From: a phage
Sequence record: PZ386958.1
Direction: 5' to 3' (one strand)
Length of the DNA: 64,000 nt
The notes under the pieces were generated by a model. That model saw nothing but the letters and a program-made list of their open reading frames with translations, ran no database searches and was not told where the DNA came from. A program made the translations under genes and the position numbers. Every line of letters starts with the position of its first letter. Within the stretch, counting starts at the first letter, position 1. Shown in pieces: positions 1 to 10,154 of the stretch.

Positions 1-211
1 TCTCACCATTCAGGAACCATAAAGCTTCCCCAATAACTTGCCGTGTAAACACCTGTTTAGATGTTAAGAGCGGGAAACCAGTCCTCATATCAAAACGAAA
101 CTGAGGTGGAGCAAAAGCAGAGATAACATCTCCAGTTCGTGTAGTACGCAGTTCGCCAACTGATAAAACATGGTTCAGGATATTTTTGTAACTTGAATCT
201 GCTTGTGACAT
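1..211 (-). CDS. Thymidylate synthase, N-terminal part (gene continues beyond window edge)
   Basis: Minus-strand translation from ATG (plus 209-211) gives MSQADSSYKNILNHVLSVGELRTTRTGDVISAFAPPQFRFDMRTGFPLLTSKQVFTRQVIGEALWFLNGE, matching the ThyA N-terminal pattern (RTGTGT..FG..RF.L..GFPL.T.K....I..ELLWFL.G). Not in the ORF track because truncated. Confidence 0.6.
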   Translation of the reverse strand, partial: MSQADSSYKNILNHVLSVGELRTTRTGDVISAFAPPQFRFDMRTGFPLLTSKQVFTRQVIGEALWFLNGE

Positions 212-212
212 A

Positions 213-758
213 TCAAAAGTGTCCTTTTACTTGTGGAGCATAAGTTTCAAAAGTTGCTTTACCATCCTCTGATGGTTTTGACTGTACCTTTGTAAATATA
301 CGGTTATCATACAACTTTTCAAAGAAGTTTTCAAAAGGTAAATGAACAGTAGCCTCTTCAGTAACTTTATGGAAAACTGTATGGAACACTACATCAGCAT
401 ACGGTAAAGCATTGACAAGAACACCTGCACCACCAATTACAAAGACATCTTCATCAATAGAGCTATCAAGATACTTCAAAAATGCTCCAAATGACTCTTT
501 AGTGGCCTTAGCATACATTATCTCATCTTTGTCAAATTCTATGCCTAAATACGGTACAGAGTTTGTTAAGATAAGGTTTGCACGTTCTGGTAAAGGTTTA
601 CTACCCAGAGTCTTAAAAGTCTCGTTACCCATCACTACTAAGTTGTTTTTAGTGAGTCTCTTAAACTCTTGCATATCCTGTTTATGTCGAGGCCACGGCA
701 TACCAGTTGGAGTACCAAACTCACCGTTTTCACCACTTGCAAATATTAGCTTAATCAT
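213..758 (-). CDS. Dihydrofolate reductase
   Basis: 181 aa; N-terminus MIKLIFASGENGEFGTPTGMPWPRHKQDMQEFKRLT and VIGGAGV match DHFR hallmark motifs; adjacent to thymidylate synthase as in T4 frd-td. Confidence 0.8.
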   Translation of the reverse strand: MIKLIFASGENGEFGTPTGMPWPRHKQDMQEFKRLTKNNLVVMGNETFKTLGSKPLPERANLILTNSVPYLGIEFDKDEIMYAKATKESFGAFLKYLDSSIDEDVFVIGGAGVLVNALPYADVVFHTVFHKVTEEATVHLPFENFFEKLYDNRIFTKVQSKPSEDGKATFETYAPQVKGHF

Positions 759-1015
759 TTTGTAAACCCTTTCTTAATGAACCAATTGATAACATTCTTC
801 ACAGCTTTATTGCTATGGTAGATTAAGTGTGGTGTGGGTTGATATGAACCATAAGCCCAGAAAGCAATGATTTCACTACACCCTGTGCACCTCGTACTCT
901 CTTCAGCAATATGACCGTTGACTATTTCACTCACCTCACCTTGTAAGTCTGTACACCCACAATGTGGACAACGGATAGGTGTTCCATCAGACTCATAGCA
1001 GTGTTCAATTTTCAT
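755..1015 (-). CDS. Small zinc-ribbon protein (CPHCGC ... CTGCSE)
   Basis: 86-aa ORF with two CxxC pairs; function unknown. Confidence 0.35.
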   Translation of the reverse strand: MKIEHCYESDGTPIRCPHCGCTDLQGEVSEIVNGHIAEESTRCTGCSEIIAFWAYGSYQPTPHLIYHSNKAVKNVINWFIKKGFTK

Positions 1016-1534
1016 CTATTTAACCTCAAAAACTGGCTCAAGAACCAATATAAAGTCTACACAGTCATCTTCTTCATCCAGAATACCATCAAAGTTCTTA
1101 GGAACGAAGTCGAAGAGGCTCATAACAAAGCAGTCAGAAGTAACCCTAATAGTGCCTCCCATATTCTCTACAGTCAACACTGTACGGCTTTCTTTTACCT
1201 CTCTCAGAAGATTACTCACAAAGTCATCTAAGAAGTACTTCATCAGTGACTTAAAACCTTTAGGGTAATCTGTACCAGAGTATGTTTCAATCTGAGGCAC
1301 AAGCTTAACATTTATGCTAGTCTTTGCTAATAAGAATGTGCTAGAGAATATGCTATCAGGTAGCTTGCAAACAATCTTTCCAGTACCTTCATGTTCAATC
1401 TCAACAAAACCAGCTTCATCGCCACATGTAACTATTTTAAAAGATGCTTCATTCTCACACTGTGAAGCCATAAACTTCTTAAGCATCACTTTAAGGAAAT
1501 CTGCATGAGCATCTTGTAAGTAGATATCAATCAT
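1016..1534 (-). CDS. Hypothetical protein
   Basis: 172-aa ORF, tightly packed in minus-strand operon. Confidence 0.4.
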   Translation of the reverse strand: MIDIYLQDAHADFLKVMLKKFMASQCENEASFKIVTCGDEAGFVEIEHEGTGKIVCKLPDSIFSSTFLLAKTSINVKLVPQIETYSGTDYPKGFKSLMKYFLDDFVSNLLREVKESRTVLTVENMGGTIRVTSDCFVMSLFDFVPKNFDGILDEEDDCVDFILVLEPVFEVK

Positions 1535-1547
1535 AGTTAATCACCTA

Positions 1548-1907
1548 TTATGGGAACAGACACTTAATGTCGTCGTTTTTGAAAACGAAACTTGTGTAGT
1601 TGTGACCGTCAACATCCAGCCAAACAGCCTGAACATCTACACCATCAAGATTTTGGTAAAGCTCTTTGATGAAGTGGTCTTTTACAATCTGACTGCTAGT
1701 TGTTTCCAGTTTAATATTCGAGATTGCTGAACCTACAGCCATATAACCCATGACACGTTTCTTCTCAGTATGCTTAATCTTTCCATCTTTGTAAGCCATA
1801 ATGAGATTGGAAAGAATTTTTACACCATAATACTTTTCAAGGTGAGTAGGTACACCATAAAAGCCTAATGCGAAATTTTCAGAGTGGATAATGTTTTCAC
1901 GTTTCAT
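1548..1907 (-). CDS. Hypothetical protein
   Basis: 119-aa ORF in operon context. Confidence 0.4.
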   Translation of the reverse strand: MKRENIIHSENFALGFYGVPTHLEKYYGVKILSNLIMAYKDGKIKHTEKKRVMGYMAVGSAISNIKLETTSSQIVKDHFIKELYQNLDGVDVQAVWLDVDGHNYTSFVFKNDDIKCLFP

Positions 1908-1908
1908 A

Positions 1909-2238
1909 TTAATCTGCCAACCTTAAATTGAAATTAACACCAAATTTTTCACATACTGCCAACATATACTCAAGGGAAACATTCCCAGTAAGGTGGATTA
2001 TGTTGGATACACGAGCCTGAGAGATACCACAAATTTTAGCAACTTGCTCTTGAGAAAGACCTCTGGATTTAATCTCTCTCTTAAAACGATGTGCAACGAA
2101 ATCTCTCATTTCGTCTACATCCATTGGACAAATATAACTCTCCATTTCATCCTCTCTATCAGCCTCCCAATCATCTTGTGGGGCATAAGGGTCAAAAACC
2201 TCATTCATCTTTCTTCTTCCGTTTGCGTGAAGTGTCAA
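1909..2238 (-). CDS. Helix-turn-helix DNA-binding protein (XRE-like)
   Basis: 109 aa; segment LSQEQVAKICGISQARVSNII is a typical HTH motif. Confidence 0.45.
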   Translation of the reverse strand: MTLHANGRRKMNEVFDPYAPQDDWEADREDEMESYICPMDVDEMRDFVAHRFKREIKSRGLSQEQVAKICGISQARVSNIIHLTGNVSLEYMLAVCEKFGVNFNLRLAD

Positions 2239-2413
2239 TCAACGAATCTATGTTTGTAGCCCTAACCTTTTCACGTTCATCGTTAAGATAATCATCAAGA
2301 GCCTTTTCAATCTGTGAATCATCTTGACAGATAACTGTAAAGACTGTAAAGCCATCTGTATCGTCAATTATCTTACCATAACCGCTTCTGGGATGTAACT
2401 TTTTAAGAGCCAT
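2201..2413 (-). CDS. Hypothetical small protein
   Basis: 70-aa ORF, basic C-terminus; overlaps upstream ORF end. Confidence 0.3.
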   Translation of the reverse strand: MALKKLHPRSGYGKIIDDTDGFTVFTVICQDDSQIEKALDDYLNDEREKVRATNIDSLIDTSRKRKKKDE

Positions 2414-2414
2414 A

Positions 2415-2798
2415 TCAAATACCTGTGCAGCTTCTGTTTTCTAAGAAATACTCAACACCATACATAGCTTTTTGCATCAAATCTTCTTTAAACTGGATAC
2501 GGTGGTTGAGCATCGCCTGTACATCAATATCATCATGGTGCTTCTCTTTAATGTTTGCAGATTGCAGGAAATACTCTGCAAGAACACGATACTGATAGTC
2601 AGTTACCTTATCAGTCATCTCTGTTAAAGACTCTTCAGAGATTGGTTTAAGTAACTCACCATTAGTCAAAGCAACACCTTTAACAATCTGGCAAGTGTCT
2701 TTTGGAACACCTGATAAGTCCACATTTGGAAGTTCTGTTGCATTGACTGGTAAATTCATTGCCATAACCATTGCAGCAGCTAATAAAGTCTTTTTCAT
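2415..2798 (-). CDS. Secreted/periplasmic protein with signal peptide
   Basis: 127 aa; N-terminus MKKTLLAAAMVMAMNLPVNATE looks like a Sec signal peptide. Confidence 0.45.
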   Translation of the reverse strand: MKKTLLAAAMVMAMNLPVNATELPNVDLSGVPKDTCQIVKGVALTNGELLKPISEESLTEMTDKVTDYQYRVLAEYFLQSANIKEKHHDDIDVQAMLNHRIQFKEDLMQKAMYGVEYFLENRSCTGI

Positions 2799-3080
2799 AA
2801 TGACCTCAAAGTTATATTAAATTTTGTATTACATTGAGTATAAAAATAAGCTATAACACCTGACTTGTCAACAGATTTTATAGCTTATTTGGCAGATTTT
2901 TTATAAGGCTACTGCCACCCTTCCATACCAGACCACACCATGCAAAACCAGACTTCACATCACCCGACCGTGCAATACATCACTTAAAAACCCTCTTAGA
3001 AGACTCTTAAGTGATGCTGGTGAGTACCCGTTGGTTTATGCTGCTCAGTATACTCACCAAATTTTCTATGTCAACAACTT

Positions 3081-4181
3081 TTATTCATAATCTCGTATAA
3101 CTAACCCAACAGGGAACTGTAAAGACCCCTTACGAGTCATCTTCTGGAACTGAACCGTTAAAGGTTTCCCGATAAACTCTTCAGGATGTTCAGCAAGATA
3201 CTGTTTCTTCTCGTGTGTAGTTTTCCATGAAACATCTACAAAGACGTTAGGAAGAGTCTCTACAACGAACTTACCATGACCACGCTTATCAGTCTTTACA
3301 CCAGTCACTTTAAACTCTTCAGTGTGCATCTTCTTGTGTTTAATCAAGAAGTATGAACGGTGACAACACTCATAGAAGGAGTCTTCAGAGATTGAACGGT
3401 ACATTGCACCTTCAAACTGAGCTTCAACCCACTTATCATGGGCTTCATCAAACTCTTCCCAAGAATTTACACGACGAGACTTAACAGGAACAACTTTACA
3501 GCCGTCTCTGAAGTCATTCAATGGTGAAGTCTCAATAATATCTCTACGCTCAGGCCATGTCTTAGTGCTGTCACAGATATCGTACCAGTAGAACTGGAGT
3601 AGATGTCGGTCTGGATTGTCAGCATTCTTAATCATAGACACAATGTCTTCTAAGTCCCAGCCATGAGCATAAATCTCGCCATCAAAGTCTTCAACTTGTG
3701 GATGTAATTTAAGCAACAAAAGCAAATCTGGGATTAGTTCTGCTGGAACGTTGTAAACAGTATTCTCACGAGAATAAGCCGTGAAACTAACTGTATCAGC
3801 ATCTCTTGAAATTCTACAACGGACACCATCAAGTTTTGGTTGAGCATCAGCAGGAAACTTCAGATACTTTGCATGGCTAACCTTTGCAGCATCATGAGCA
3901 AGCTGTACACCTACCTTCTCAGTATTCTGTGCAGACTCTTTTGTGTAAGCATAGCCTTTGCGGTCAATTTGCTTTTTATACTTAGCAGCAACTTCAAAGA
4001 GAGCTTGCTGTTCAGCATTACGCTCATTCTTTTTACCGATGTTTTTAGGTTCTGCTGTGTACTCTTCAAACATCATCTTGCCATTTTCTTTACCGTAGGT
4101 TGTAATAACTTTGTCACCTACAGCAACGCATGACCAGACGTTAAAAGAACCATCTTTATTTTGTTTGTACAGTGTTGTCAT
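3081..4181 (-). CDS. ATP-dependent DNA ligase
   Basis: 366 aa; nucleotidyltransferase motif I KLDGVR (adenylated lysine), motif III FDGEIY, motif IV EGAMYR, motif V LIKHKK. Confidence 0.75.
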   Translation of the reverse strand: MTTLYKQNKDGSFNVWSCVAVGDKVITTYGKENGKMMFEEYTAEPKNIGKKNERNAEQQALFEVAAKYKKQIDRKGYAYTKESAQNTEKVGVQLAHDAAKVSHAKYLKFPADAQPKLDGVRCRISRDADTVSFTAYSRENTVYNVPAELIPDLLLLLKLHPQVEDFDGEIYAHGWDLEDIVSMIKNADNPDRHLLQFYWYDICDSTKTWPERRDIIETSPLNDFRDGCKVVPVKSRRVNSWEEFDEAHDKWVEAQFEGAMYRSISEDSFYECCHRSYFLIKHKKMHTEEFKVTGVKTDKRGHGKFVVETLPNVFVDVSWKTTHEKKQYLAEHPEEFIGKPLTVQFQKMTRKGSLQFPVGLVIRDYE

Positions 4182-4384
4182 TTTCTCTTACCACCAATCT
4201 CTACGTCGATAACTTGAACATCGCCAGCAACATCAAACTTATGAATGATGCTTTCCACAGTGTAAGTACAACCATCAATGCGAACCAACTCACCTTCTCG
4301 TGGGACGATTGGGTTACGTTGAGCTACGGTTGCAGTGGAGTGAATAACATCATAACAGTAGATATAGTTTACTAGGACTTCCAT
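4178..4384 (-). CDS. Hypothetical small protein
   Basis: 68-aa ORF, translationally coupled in operon. Confidence 0.3.
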   Translation of the reverse strand: MEVLVNYIYCYDVIHSTATVAQRNPIVPREGELVRIDGCTYTVESIIHKFDVAGDVQVIDVEIGGKRK

Positions 4385-4393
4385 AGTTTTCCC

Positions 4394-4627
4394 TTAAAAG
4401 ACTAAGTCAATATCAATACGTTCACCCTTAAGTACTCCAGTACGGTCTTTTGCAATCTTCCCTTCAACAATAAGAATGTGTGCAGACCTTAAAGTGTCGC
4501 TGTTAAAGGCTTTTACGAACTTGCTAGGCATCACTACAATACACATCTCCTGAATCAACTCTGGAGTATAGCAATTGTCGTGAAGTTGCTGAATAACGTC
4601 TGCAAGTGTCATTTTTGATGTCTCCAA
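4394..4627 (-). CDS. Hypothetical small protein
   Basis: 77-aa ORF. Confidence 0.3.
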   Translation of the reverse strand: METSKMTLADVIQQLHDNCYTPELIQEMCIVVMPSKFVKAFNSDTLRSAHILIVEGKIAKDRTGVLKGERIDIDLVF

Positions 4628-4818
4628 TATTCAATATCTACAAGTTCTTGTGCAATGCTTTTTAGATTACCTTTCAAGAAAACCTTCTCAGAACCTGAAA
4701 GAGATGAATTGTCAATTAACCTGTTCATTCTCTCAAACAACTTCTGCTTACGGTTCTTGATAGTTTCCTTTGAAGCACCTTTCATCATCGCTGCATGGGT
4801 TCTTCCACGGTGGCTCAT
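4609..4818 (-). CDS. Hypothetical small basic protein
   Basis: 69-aa ORF. Confidence 0.3.
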   Translation of the reverse strand: MSHRGRTHAAMMKGASKETIKNRKQKLFERMNRLIDNSSLSGSEKVFLKGNLKSIAQELVDIEYWRHQK

Positions 4819-4879
4819 AAGCCCTCCTATACAAGATATAGTATAAGGTACTCTTCCATGAGCACCTTGTCAATACTAA

Positions 4880-5436
4880 TTAGTGTACCTCATACCAGCT
4901 TTTACCAACCTTACCAGTACCTGTAACAAGTGTTTCTTTCTTAAGACCTAAGTTCTTAGAAGCTTGTCCATAATACCAGTCAGTAACTGCTTTCACTTCT
5001 GCCGTCATACTTTCTGGACATTCCCAACTCGTCTCGTCGTGATAGGAGCACAATAAACGAGCACCTATAGCTGGCTTGCGACCGTTCAACTTCATCAAAC
5101 CTTCGTCAATCATACGACGGCAAGCAAGGTTAATTGCTTCATTCTGAACCTGTGCTTCCGAACTCATCAGGAGGTAGTTCAGTAGTTTATGTGGAGATTT
5201 GCACCATATCCATGCTCCAGCGACCCTGATATAACCACCTTTAGCAATTGAAGAGTTCTTCCCGAAAACCTCTTCCAGAGCCTTTTTAGACGCCTTAAAA
5301 TCGGCTTCTAAGCTATCAAGTAACTTCTTAATCTTTGGCAGACGCATATAGTAAGTTTGTTTAGTCAATGCACCTTCTTCCGTAGATGATGCCTTGATAG
5401 TTTTTGCAAACTTCTCGTCACCTGCACCGAACAATA
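4880..5436 (-). CDS. DNA polymerase (family A, T7 gp5-like), exon 2
   Basis: Begins (L)FGAGDEKFA = end of O-helix/motif B (T7: FLYGAGDEK); contains motif C YHDE and C-terminal GKVGKSWYEVH (T7: GKMGPNWAICH). The track's start M is a TTG codon inside the exon. Confidence 0.8.
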
Positions 5437-5704
5437 CATCTGGTCAATACACTCGCAAGGTGTACCAGTTCTCTTATGAACTTCTCCGCATTTCTACGGA
5501 GTGTCGGACTATATCACGTAGTAGTAATACTACCGTTGCACTTGGGAATGGTCATTAGCTTACCACCCTACTCTACTCAGTTCATACATTAAGTATGCTT
5601 TTCGATAGTCTCTGAACGTTTCTCTTAAGAGGCTTCGCTGCTGATTACCATATCTTTACAGACTTAGGCTTCCAGCAATTCACAACGTTTTACATGCGCC
5701 ACTG
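5437..5704 (-). ncRNA. Group I self-splicing intron (ORF-less, 268 nt) interrupting the DNA polymerase gene
   Basis: RNA strand contains group I R element GUUCAGAGACUA (plus 5606-5617) and S element GAUAUAGUCC (plus 5505-5514) that can pair as P7; internal guide GCGCAU pairs with 5' exon end AUGCGU (terminal U.G); intron ends in G; removal fuses ...AKNGIYA to LLFGAGDEK in frame. Confidence 0.75.
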
Positions 5705-7877
5705 ACGCATAAATGCCATTTTTGGCTTTCTTACGACCTTTTGTAATCTCGTGGAGAAGTTCCTCATCCTGTGTCTCCCTACAACGAACAATATCTTCTT
5801 CCTTGTTCAGACCAAAGTAAATACTGTTCAGTGTATGCGCATCAGTCCCTGTGTAGACTTCATAGAGGTCGTTCTCAGCATCATAACGAAGATACTTGTC
5901 AGTTTCTGGATTAAGATACTTATCGAGATGCTTGCAATAGTATCTGCCATCATCCTGTTTAGTGAACTCTACAAACTCTTTACCCTCAGTTACTGCTTTA
6001 GTGAACTCTTTATCACCCATAAAGTTACAAAGGAGAACTAGCTGGGCTGAGTTCATATCAACGGAGACTACGTTGGTTCCCTCCTCACAAATCCAAACCT
6101 CCCTCATCGGTGCTCCATAGACAGCAGCACCAGACGGTACGTTTACAATGCCATATTGTGTCATACGTCCAGTTGAAGTACCAAACACCATTGCACCAGC
6201 ACTAAGGCGACCATCAGGACGAATCTGGTTCAACCAACCTTTTTCATCATCCTTTGAGTTCTCAATAGTTCTGCGTCGGTGCATCAAAGTGTAGTATTTA
6301 GCAATCTTCTGTCCAAGCTCACCTTCAATCGTATCATAAGATGATTCAGTAAGTTTTGGTGAAGTACGGATTAAGCAAGGCTCAAGCAAATCTGTGTATT
6401 TCTTCACAGACCAGTTATGCTCAATGTACTGTACACCTTCATGTTCAACATAACTCAAACCACACCGCTCAACCATTTCCTGCCACTTAGGATGTTTTGT
6501 AATCATCTTTTTATTGTCTTTGAAACGACAAACTTTGACAGGACGACCATCTGAGTCTTTCTTGTAGTTCCAGTCATCTGGAATCCAACCAACTGATTTC
6601 AAGTAGTCTTTAACAACGGCTACCTGAGTCATACGAGAAACTTCAAACTCAATTGGTGTATATGGTGCATCAATCAAACCTGTGTAGCGACTTGACTCAA
6701 GTTCAAAGTGGTTAACAACGTGGCTGTTATAGTACTTCACAGTCTTGACTGTTTTTACTGGTTTCCAGTCTTTGCATTTTTTGCCAATCTTTGCATTCAA
6801 CTCGTTGCAGATTGCACGAGCATCCTTCATTGCTACAAAGCCTTCCTTGTATTCTTCACCAGTTACAGTGTTGGTTGGCGTATAGCAATTCCTTTTTTCA
6901 ATGTTAAAAATCTTTGTAGTTGGCTTACCAAATGGCTTGATTTCATATGTCTGCATCTCACCGTTACGTACCTGCTGACGATACTTTGTCTTAGGGTACT
7001 TGGTAATTCTCTTCAGTCCATCTGCGTGACCAAATGCTTCAACATACTCATTCCAAGCTTTTGCAAACTCTTCTCCAGTAACTTTACCTTTGGTCTTAAT
7101 AGTTGGAGGTAGATGTGGTTCAACCTCTGAAGCAAGCTCATTAGTCAACTTGTCAAGTTCCTTTACATGGAACTCCATAAGCTCTTTATCAGCTTTCCAA
7201 CCATTGATAGCTTGTTGACTCATCCAGAAAGATGTTTCTTTAGCTCGCATGTAGGTTTCATAAGTGTCTATGCCACACTTCTTAAGCTTGAGATACTCGT
7301 TATCAAGTGCCCGTTTAGTTTTGGCGTTAATACGGATATCTTCTACAACACGAGTGAAGATTTCTGCATTCCACACACCCCAATGCTCAATCTCTGGCTT
7401 ACGAACACCAACACGAGCACCCCATGCAGCCAAGCCATGAGCACCTTTATAACCCTTTGGAGTTGGTCTATCCATCCACTGAACACGAGACTGAATAAGA
7501 GAATCCTGAAAGAAATTACTCCACGGCTTACATTTTGGATTATCAAAGTTCCATAAATCAGGTGCAATGTGATTGAAAACCCACCAGTCATAGCCGAGAC
7601 CATTATGGATGCAAAGACGTTTTGCCTTTAACGCAAATTCAACACCTTCACGTAAGCCGCCCTTGATGTACTTGGTATACTTGTGACCGAGGATAGGCTC
7701 GTCTGTAAAGACCCATACAGGCGGCTCTTCATCGTCAGATTTATAATCTGCGAAAGCCATTACGTGCACTTTAGTGAACTCAAGGAGTAAACCATCAGTT
7801 TCTGTATCACCAACCAAATGTAAGTTTTTAAAATCTACGTTTTCCATTTTTACTCCCTCTAAAATCATTAACCACAT
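5705..7877 (-). CDS. DNA polymerase (family A, T7 gp5-like), exon 1 (3'-5' exonuclease plus N-terminal polymerase domain)
   Basis: Exo I motif DTETDGL near N-terminus; ends with O-helix RKKAKNGIY (T7: RDNAKTFIYG). The track ORF reads 13 codons into the intron before a stop. Confidence 0.8.
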
Positions 7878-7907
7878 ACATTACTGCAAAAAATTATAAA
7901 AAGCAAG

Positions 7908-7930
7908 TTGACAATGTACTTGACAAGGTG
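7908..7930. promoter_or_regulatory. Conserved tandem -35-like element TTGACAATGTACTTGACAAGGTG in divergent intergenic region
   Basis: Two overlapping TTGACA hexamers in AT-rich region between divergent operons; near-identical 23-mer recurs at 56503-56528. Confidence 0.4.
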
Positions 7931-8104
7931 TTAATCTTTGCGAAGTGGGTTTTTACTTAAAAGGTTACTTAACAGTTTAACTATACAGATACTTTAAAAC
8001 TCTTAAAAGATTATTTAATAGCTTTTAAAAAGCTTTAAAGTATAACGTATAGAATACGTTAAGATAAAAGATTAAAACTTAATAGTTACTTAAAAGAGGC
8101 TTAC

Positions 8105-8527
8105 ATGCAGAAAATGTTTGTTCACCCAGACATAGCTGACTTTGTTAGAGCTTTGCAGAAGTTGGAAGAACTTGACATTGCTGCTCAACGAGAATATGCT
8201 CACCATCACAGGAGAATGGTTGATATACAACATGAAATAGAGTTGTCTGAAAACTATGAAGATGACTTAAAATGCTCTGTGTTTGAGCATATGAAAGATG
8301 TTGCTACAGCTAGACGTAAAGCTAAAGACACAGTTGCTTTACTAGATTCTCTTAAAAAGAGGTTGCAAAGTGGTACAGACCTGTGTAATCTAGCATCACT
8401 GATTAATGATGTTGAAACTTCTTGGGATAGACACTACTATCCACGTTCTGAAAAGACACTTGACTTTTCTTCATCTGAAAACTTAAAATGTTCTAGAAAG
8501 AAACTTAACCAACTGAGAGAGAAATAA
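8105..8527 (+). CDS. Hypothetical protein
   Basis: 140-aa ORF, first gene of rightward block. Confidence 0.4.
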   Translation: MQKMFVHPDIADFVRALQKLEELDIAAQREYAHHHRRMVDIQHEIELSENYEDDLKCSVFEHMKDVATARRKAKDTVALLDSLKKRLQSGTDLCNLASLINDVETSWDRHYYPRSEKTLDFSSSENLKCSRKKLNQLREK

Positions 8528-8528
8528 T

Positions 8529-9341
8529 ATGAATATCGATGTAGAAAAGATGCTTGAAGAGAAAGGTATTGACGAAGCGTTCTTAATCAATGCCGTAGAA
8601 AGCATGGCTATGATTCTTCGTGGGAACAACTACACAGAACAGTTTATGCCTGCAAGCTATAACTTGCCTGAAGACAAGTCTGATAACGGTGCTTTTGCAG
8701 AACAGGTTAACATGATGTTGTGTGATAAAACACTTGCTTTAGCATCTATCGTTGTAGGTGTTGATGCTCTTGCAGAGTTCATTTTTTATGAGATGCAGAA
8801 AAATGACTATATTGCCATGACCTCTGAAGAAAAAGACTCGCTACTGCTCTTAGGTTATGATGAGCTAGTTAACCTATTAATTTCGTCAACGAGTGCTGTT
8901 ATGGCTGCTCTTGAGAAGCGAATGGAAGAGAAGCTGTCACGATATGAAAAGCTTGATTGGGGTGTAGAAGAGTTAAACCCACGAATCAAAGAGATTATCC
9001 AGCAAACAAAAGATTCTTTGGAAGAAGCTGTGAAAAATGATTCTGTAGCTGACATAGAGCCACTTCAGGTGAAAGTTGCATTGATGATTCCAGCCATCTC
9101 CACGATGATGAATATCGTTGCACTAATCCAGCTTTCACAGATGATGGGCACAAGCATTGAGTTCATTGAGAGTATGACTTGTGGTGTGAGTATGCAAGCA
9201 ATCAATGATGTTCTGGTGAGCATTGGTGCTTCAATCATTGAAGAGAAGCTGCGCATTAACTTTGGTGATGATTTTGTGAAGCAAATCTCAGCTATGGCTG
9301 AAAAAGAGTATTCACAGACTAATACTGACCAACTGCACTAA
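8529..9341 (+). CDS. Hypothetical protein
   Basis: 270-aa ORF, start overlaps upstream stop. Confidence 0.4.
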   Translation: MNIDVEKMLEEKGIDEAFLINAVESMAMILRGNNYTEQFMPASYNLPEDKSDNGAFAEQVNMMLCDKTLALASIVVGVDALAEFIFYEMQKNDYIAMTSEEKDSLLLLGYDELVNLLISSTSAVMAALEKRMEEKLSRYEKLDWGVEELNPRIKEIIQQTKDSLEEAVKNDSVADIEPLQVKVALMIPAISTMMNIVALIQLSQMMGTSIEFIESMTCGVSMQAINDVLVSIGASIIEEKLRINFGDDFVKQISAMAEKEYSQTNTDQLH

Positions 9342-9402
9342 GTCTTTATAAATCTTACAAGCCTCCTTAGTTGGGGGCTTTTTAGTAATTAATGGAGATA
9401 AA

Positions 9403-10146
9403 ATGAGTAATATTATCGCGTTTACTGGAAAGGCACGTTCTGGAAAGGACACCTCTTGTTCTATTGTGAAGAACATCTTAGAAGATGAATACGGCTATAA
9501 TGTTGCTGTAATGGCTTATGCAGACAACCTTAAGCTATCTGCATCAAAGATATTTGACCTGACTTGGAATGACCTGTACGGTGAAACTAAAGAGACTCCA
9601 CAGGTTTTTGATTTAACATACTCTGAACTTATGCCTAAAGTTACGGAGGCTATCGAGTTCACCTTCAGAGATGAACGTTACCATATGGACTTTAAGCTTA
9701 TGTCAGAGTTAACCGGACGATTAGTCATGGAGCTTAAGAAGGTCGCTAAACCGACTCTATTGACACGTCTAGGGTTTAGTAAAAAGTATAAATTCTCATC
9801 AAGGCAAATTCAACAGATTTGGGGTACTGAAGTCATCCGTAAAGTTATGGGTGACAAATTCTGGGCTAAAGACCTTGAAAAACGAATGGCTCGCTTCTTT
9901 GAATCTTGTTCACTTATGAATCAAGAGGGTGTTGTTTTAATCAGTGACTTAAGGTTTGACTCTGAAGCTGAGTGGCTGAGTAGATTTGCACACCAGACTA
10001 TTGAAGTAAAAAGATACAATGTGGACAAAGTTTCATCACATGTTTCAGAAAATGGGATTTCTACAAAATATGAGCGTGACATTATTCATAATAATGGTAC
10101 TCTTGCAGACCTTGAGAGCAAGCTAAGAGCTATCCTTAAAATTTAA
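9403..10146 (+). CDS. P-loop kinase, likely deoxynucleoside monophosphate kinase (T4 gp1-like)
   Basis: N-terminus MSNIIAFTGKARSGKDT resembles T4 gp1 start (LSGVKRSGKDT), Walker A. Confidence 0.5.
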   Translation: MSNIIAFTGKARSGKDTSCSIVKNILEDEYGYNVAVMAYADNLKLSASKIFDLTWNDLYGETKETPQVFDLTYSELMPKVTEAIEFTFRDERYHMDFKLMSELTGRLVMELKKVAKPTLLTRLGFSKKYKFSSRQIQQIWGTEVIRKVMGDKFWAKDLEKRMARFFESCSLMNQEGVVLISDLRFDSEAEWLSRFAHQTIEVKRYNVDKVSSHVSENGISTKYERDIIHNNGTLADLESKLRAILKI

Positions 10147-10154
10147 AAGAGAGA

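Noticed and set aside
412-765. Antisense or alternative-frame track ORFs inside well-supported genes (e.g. 412-765, 3840-4133, 5751-6041, 6708-7112, 7167-7603, 8855-9256, 10955-11176, 12044-12319, 18455-18992, 26557-27421, 29229-29756, 31165-31891, 33008-33873, 35294-35825, 57367-58345)
   Set aside because: Each lies within or antisense to a longer ORF with clear protein motifs. Their hydrophobic, low-complexity translations are typical of spurious frames in AT-rich DNA.
5437-5704. Intein, translational bypass, or two-subunit polymerase as explanation for the split polymerase
   Set aside because: The intervening segment is out of frame and has stops, so not an intein. It is far longer than a ribosomal hop. 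It contains canonical group I R and S elements, a P1 guide pairing and a terminal G, so an intron is the simplest explanation.
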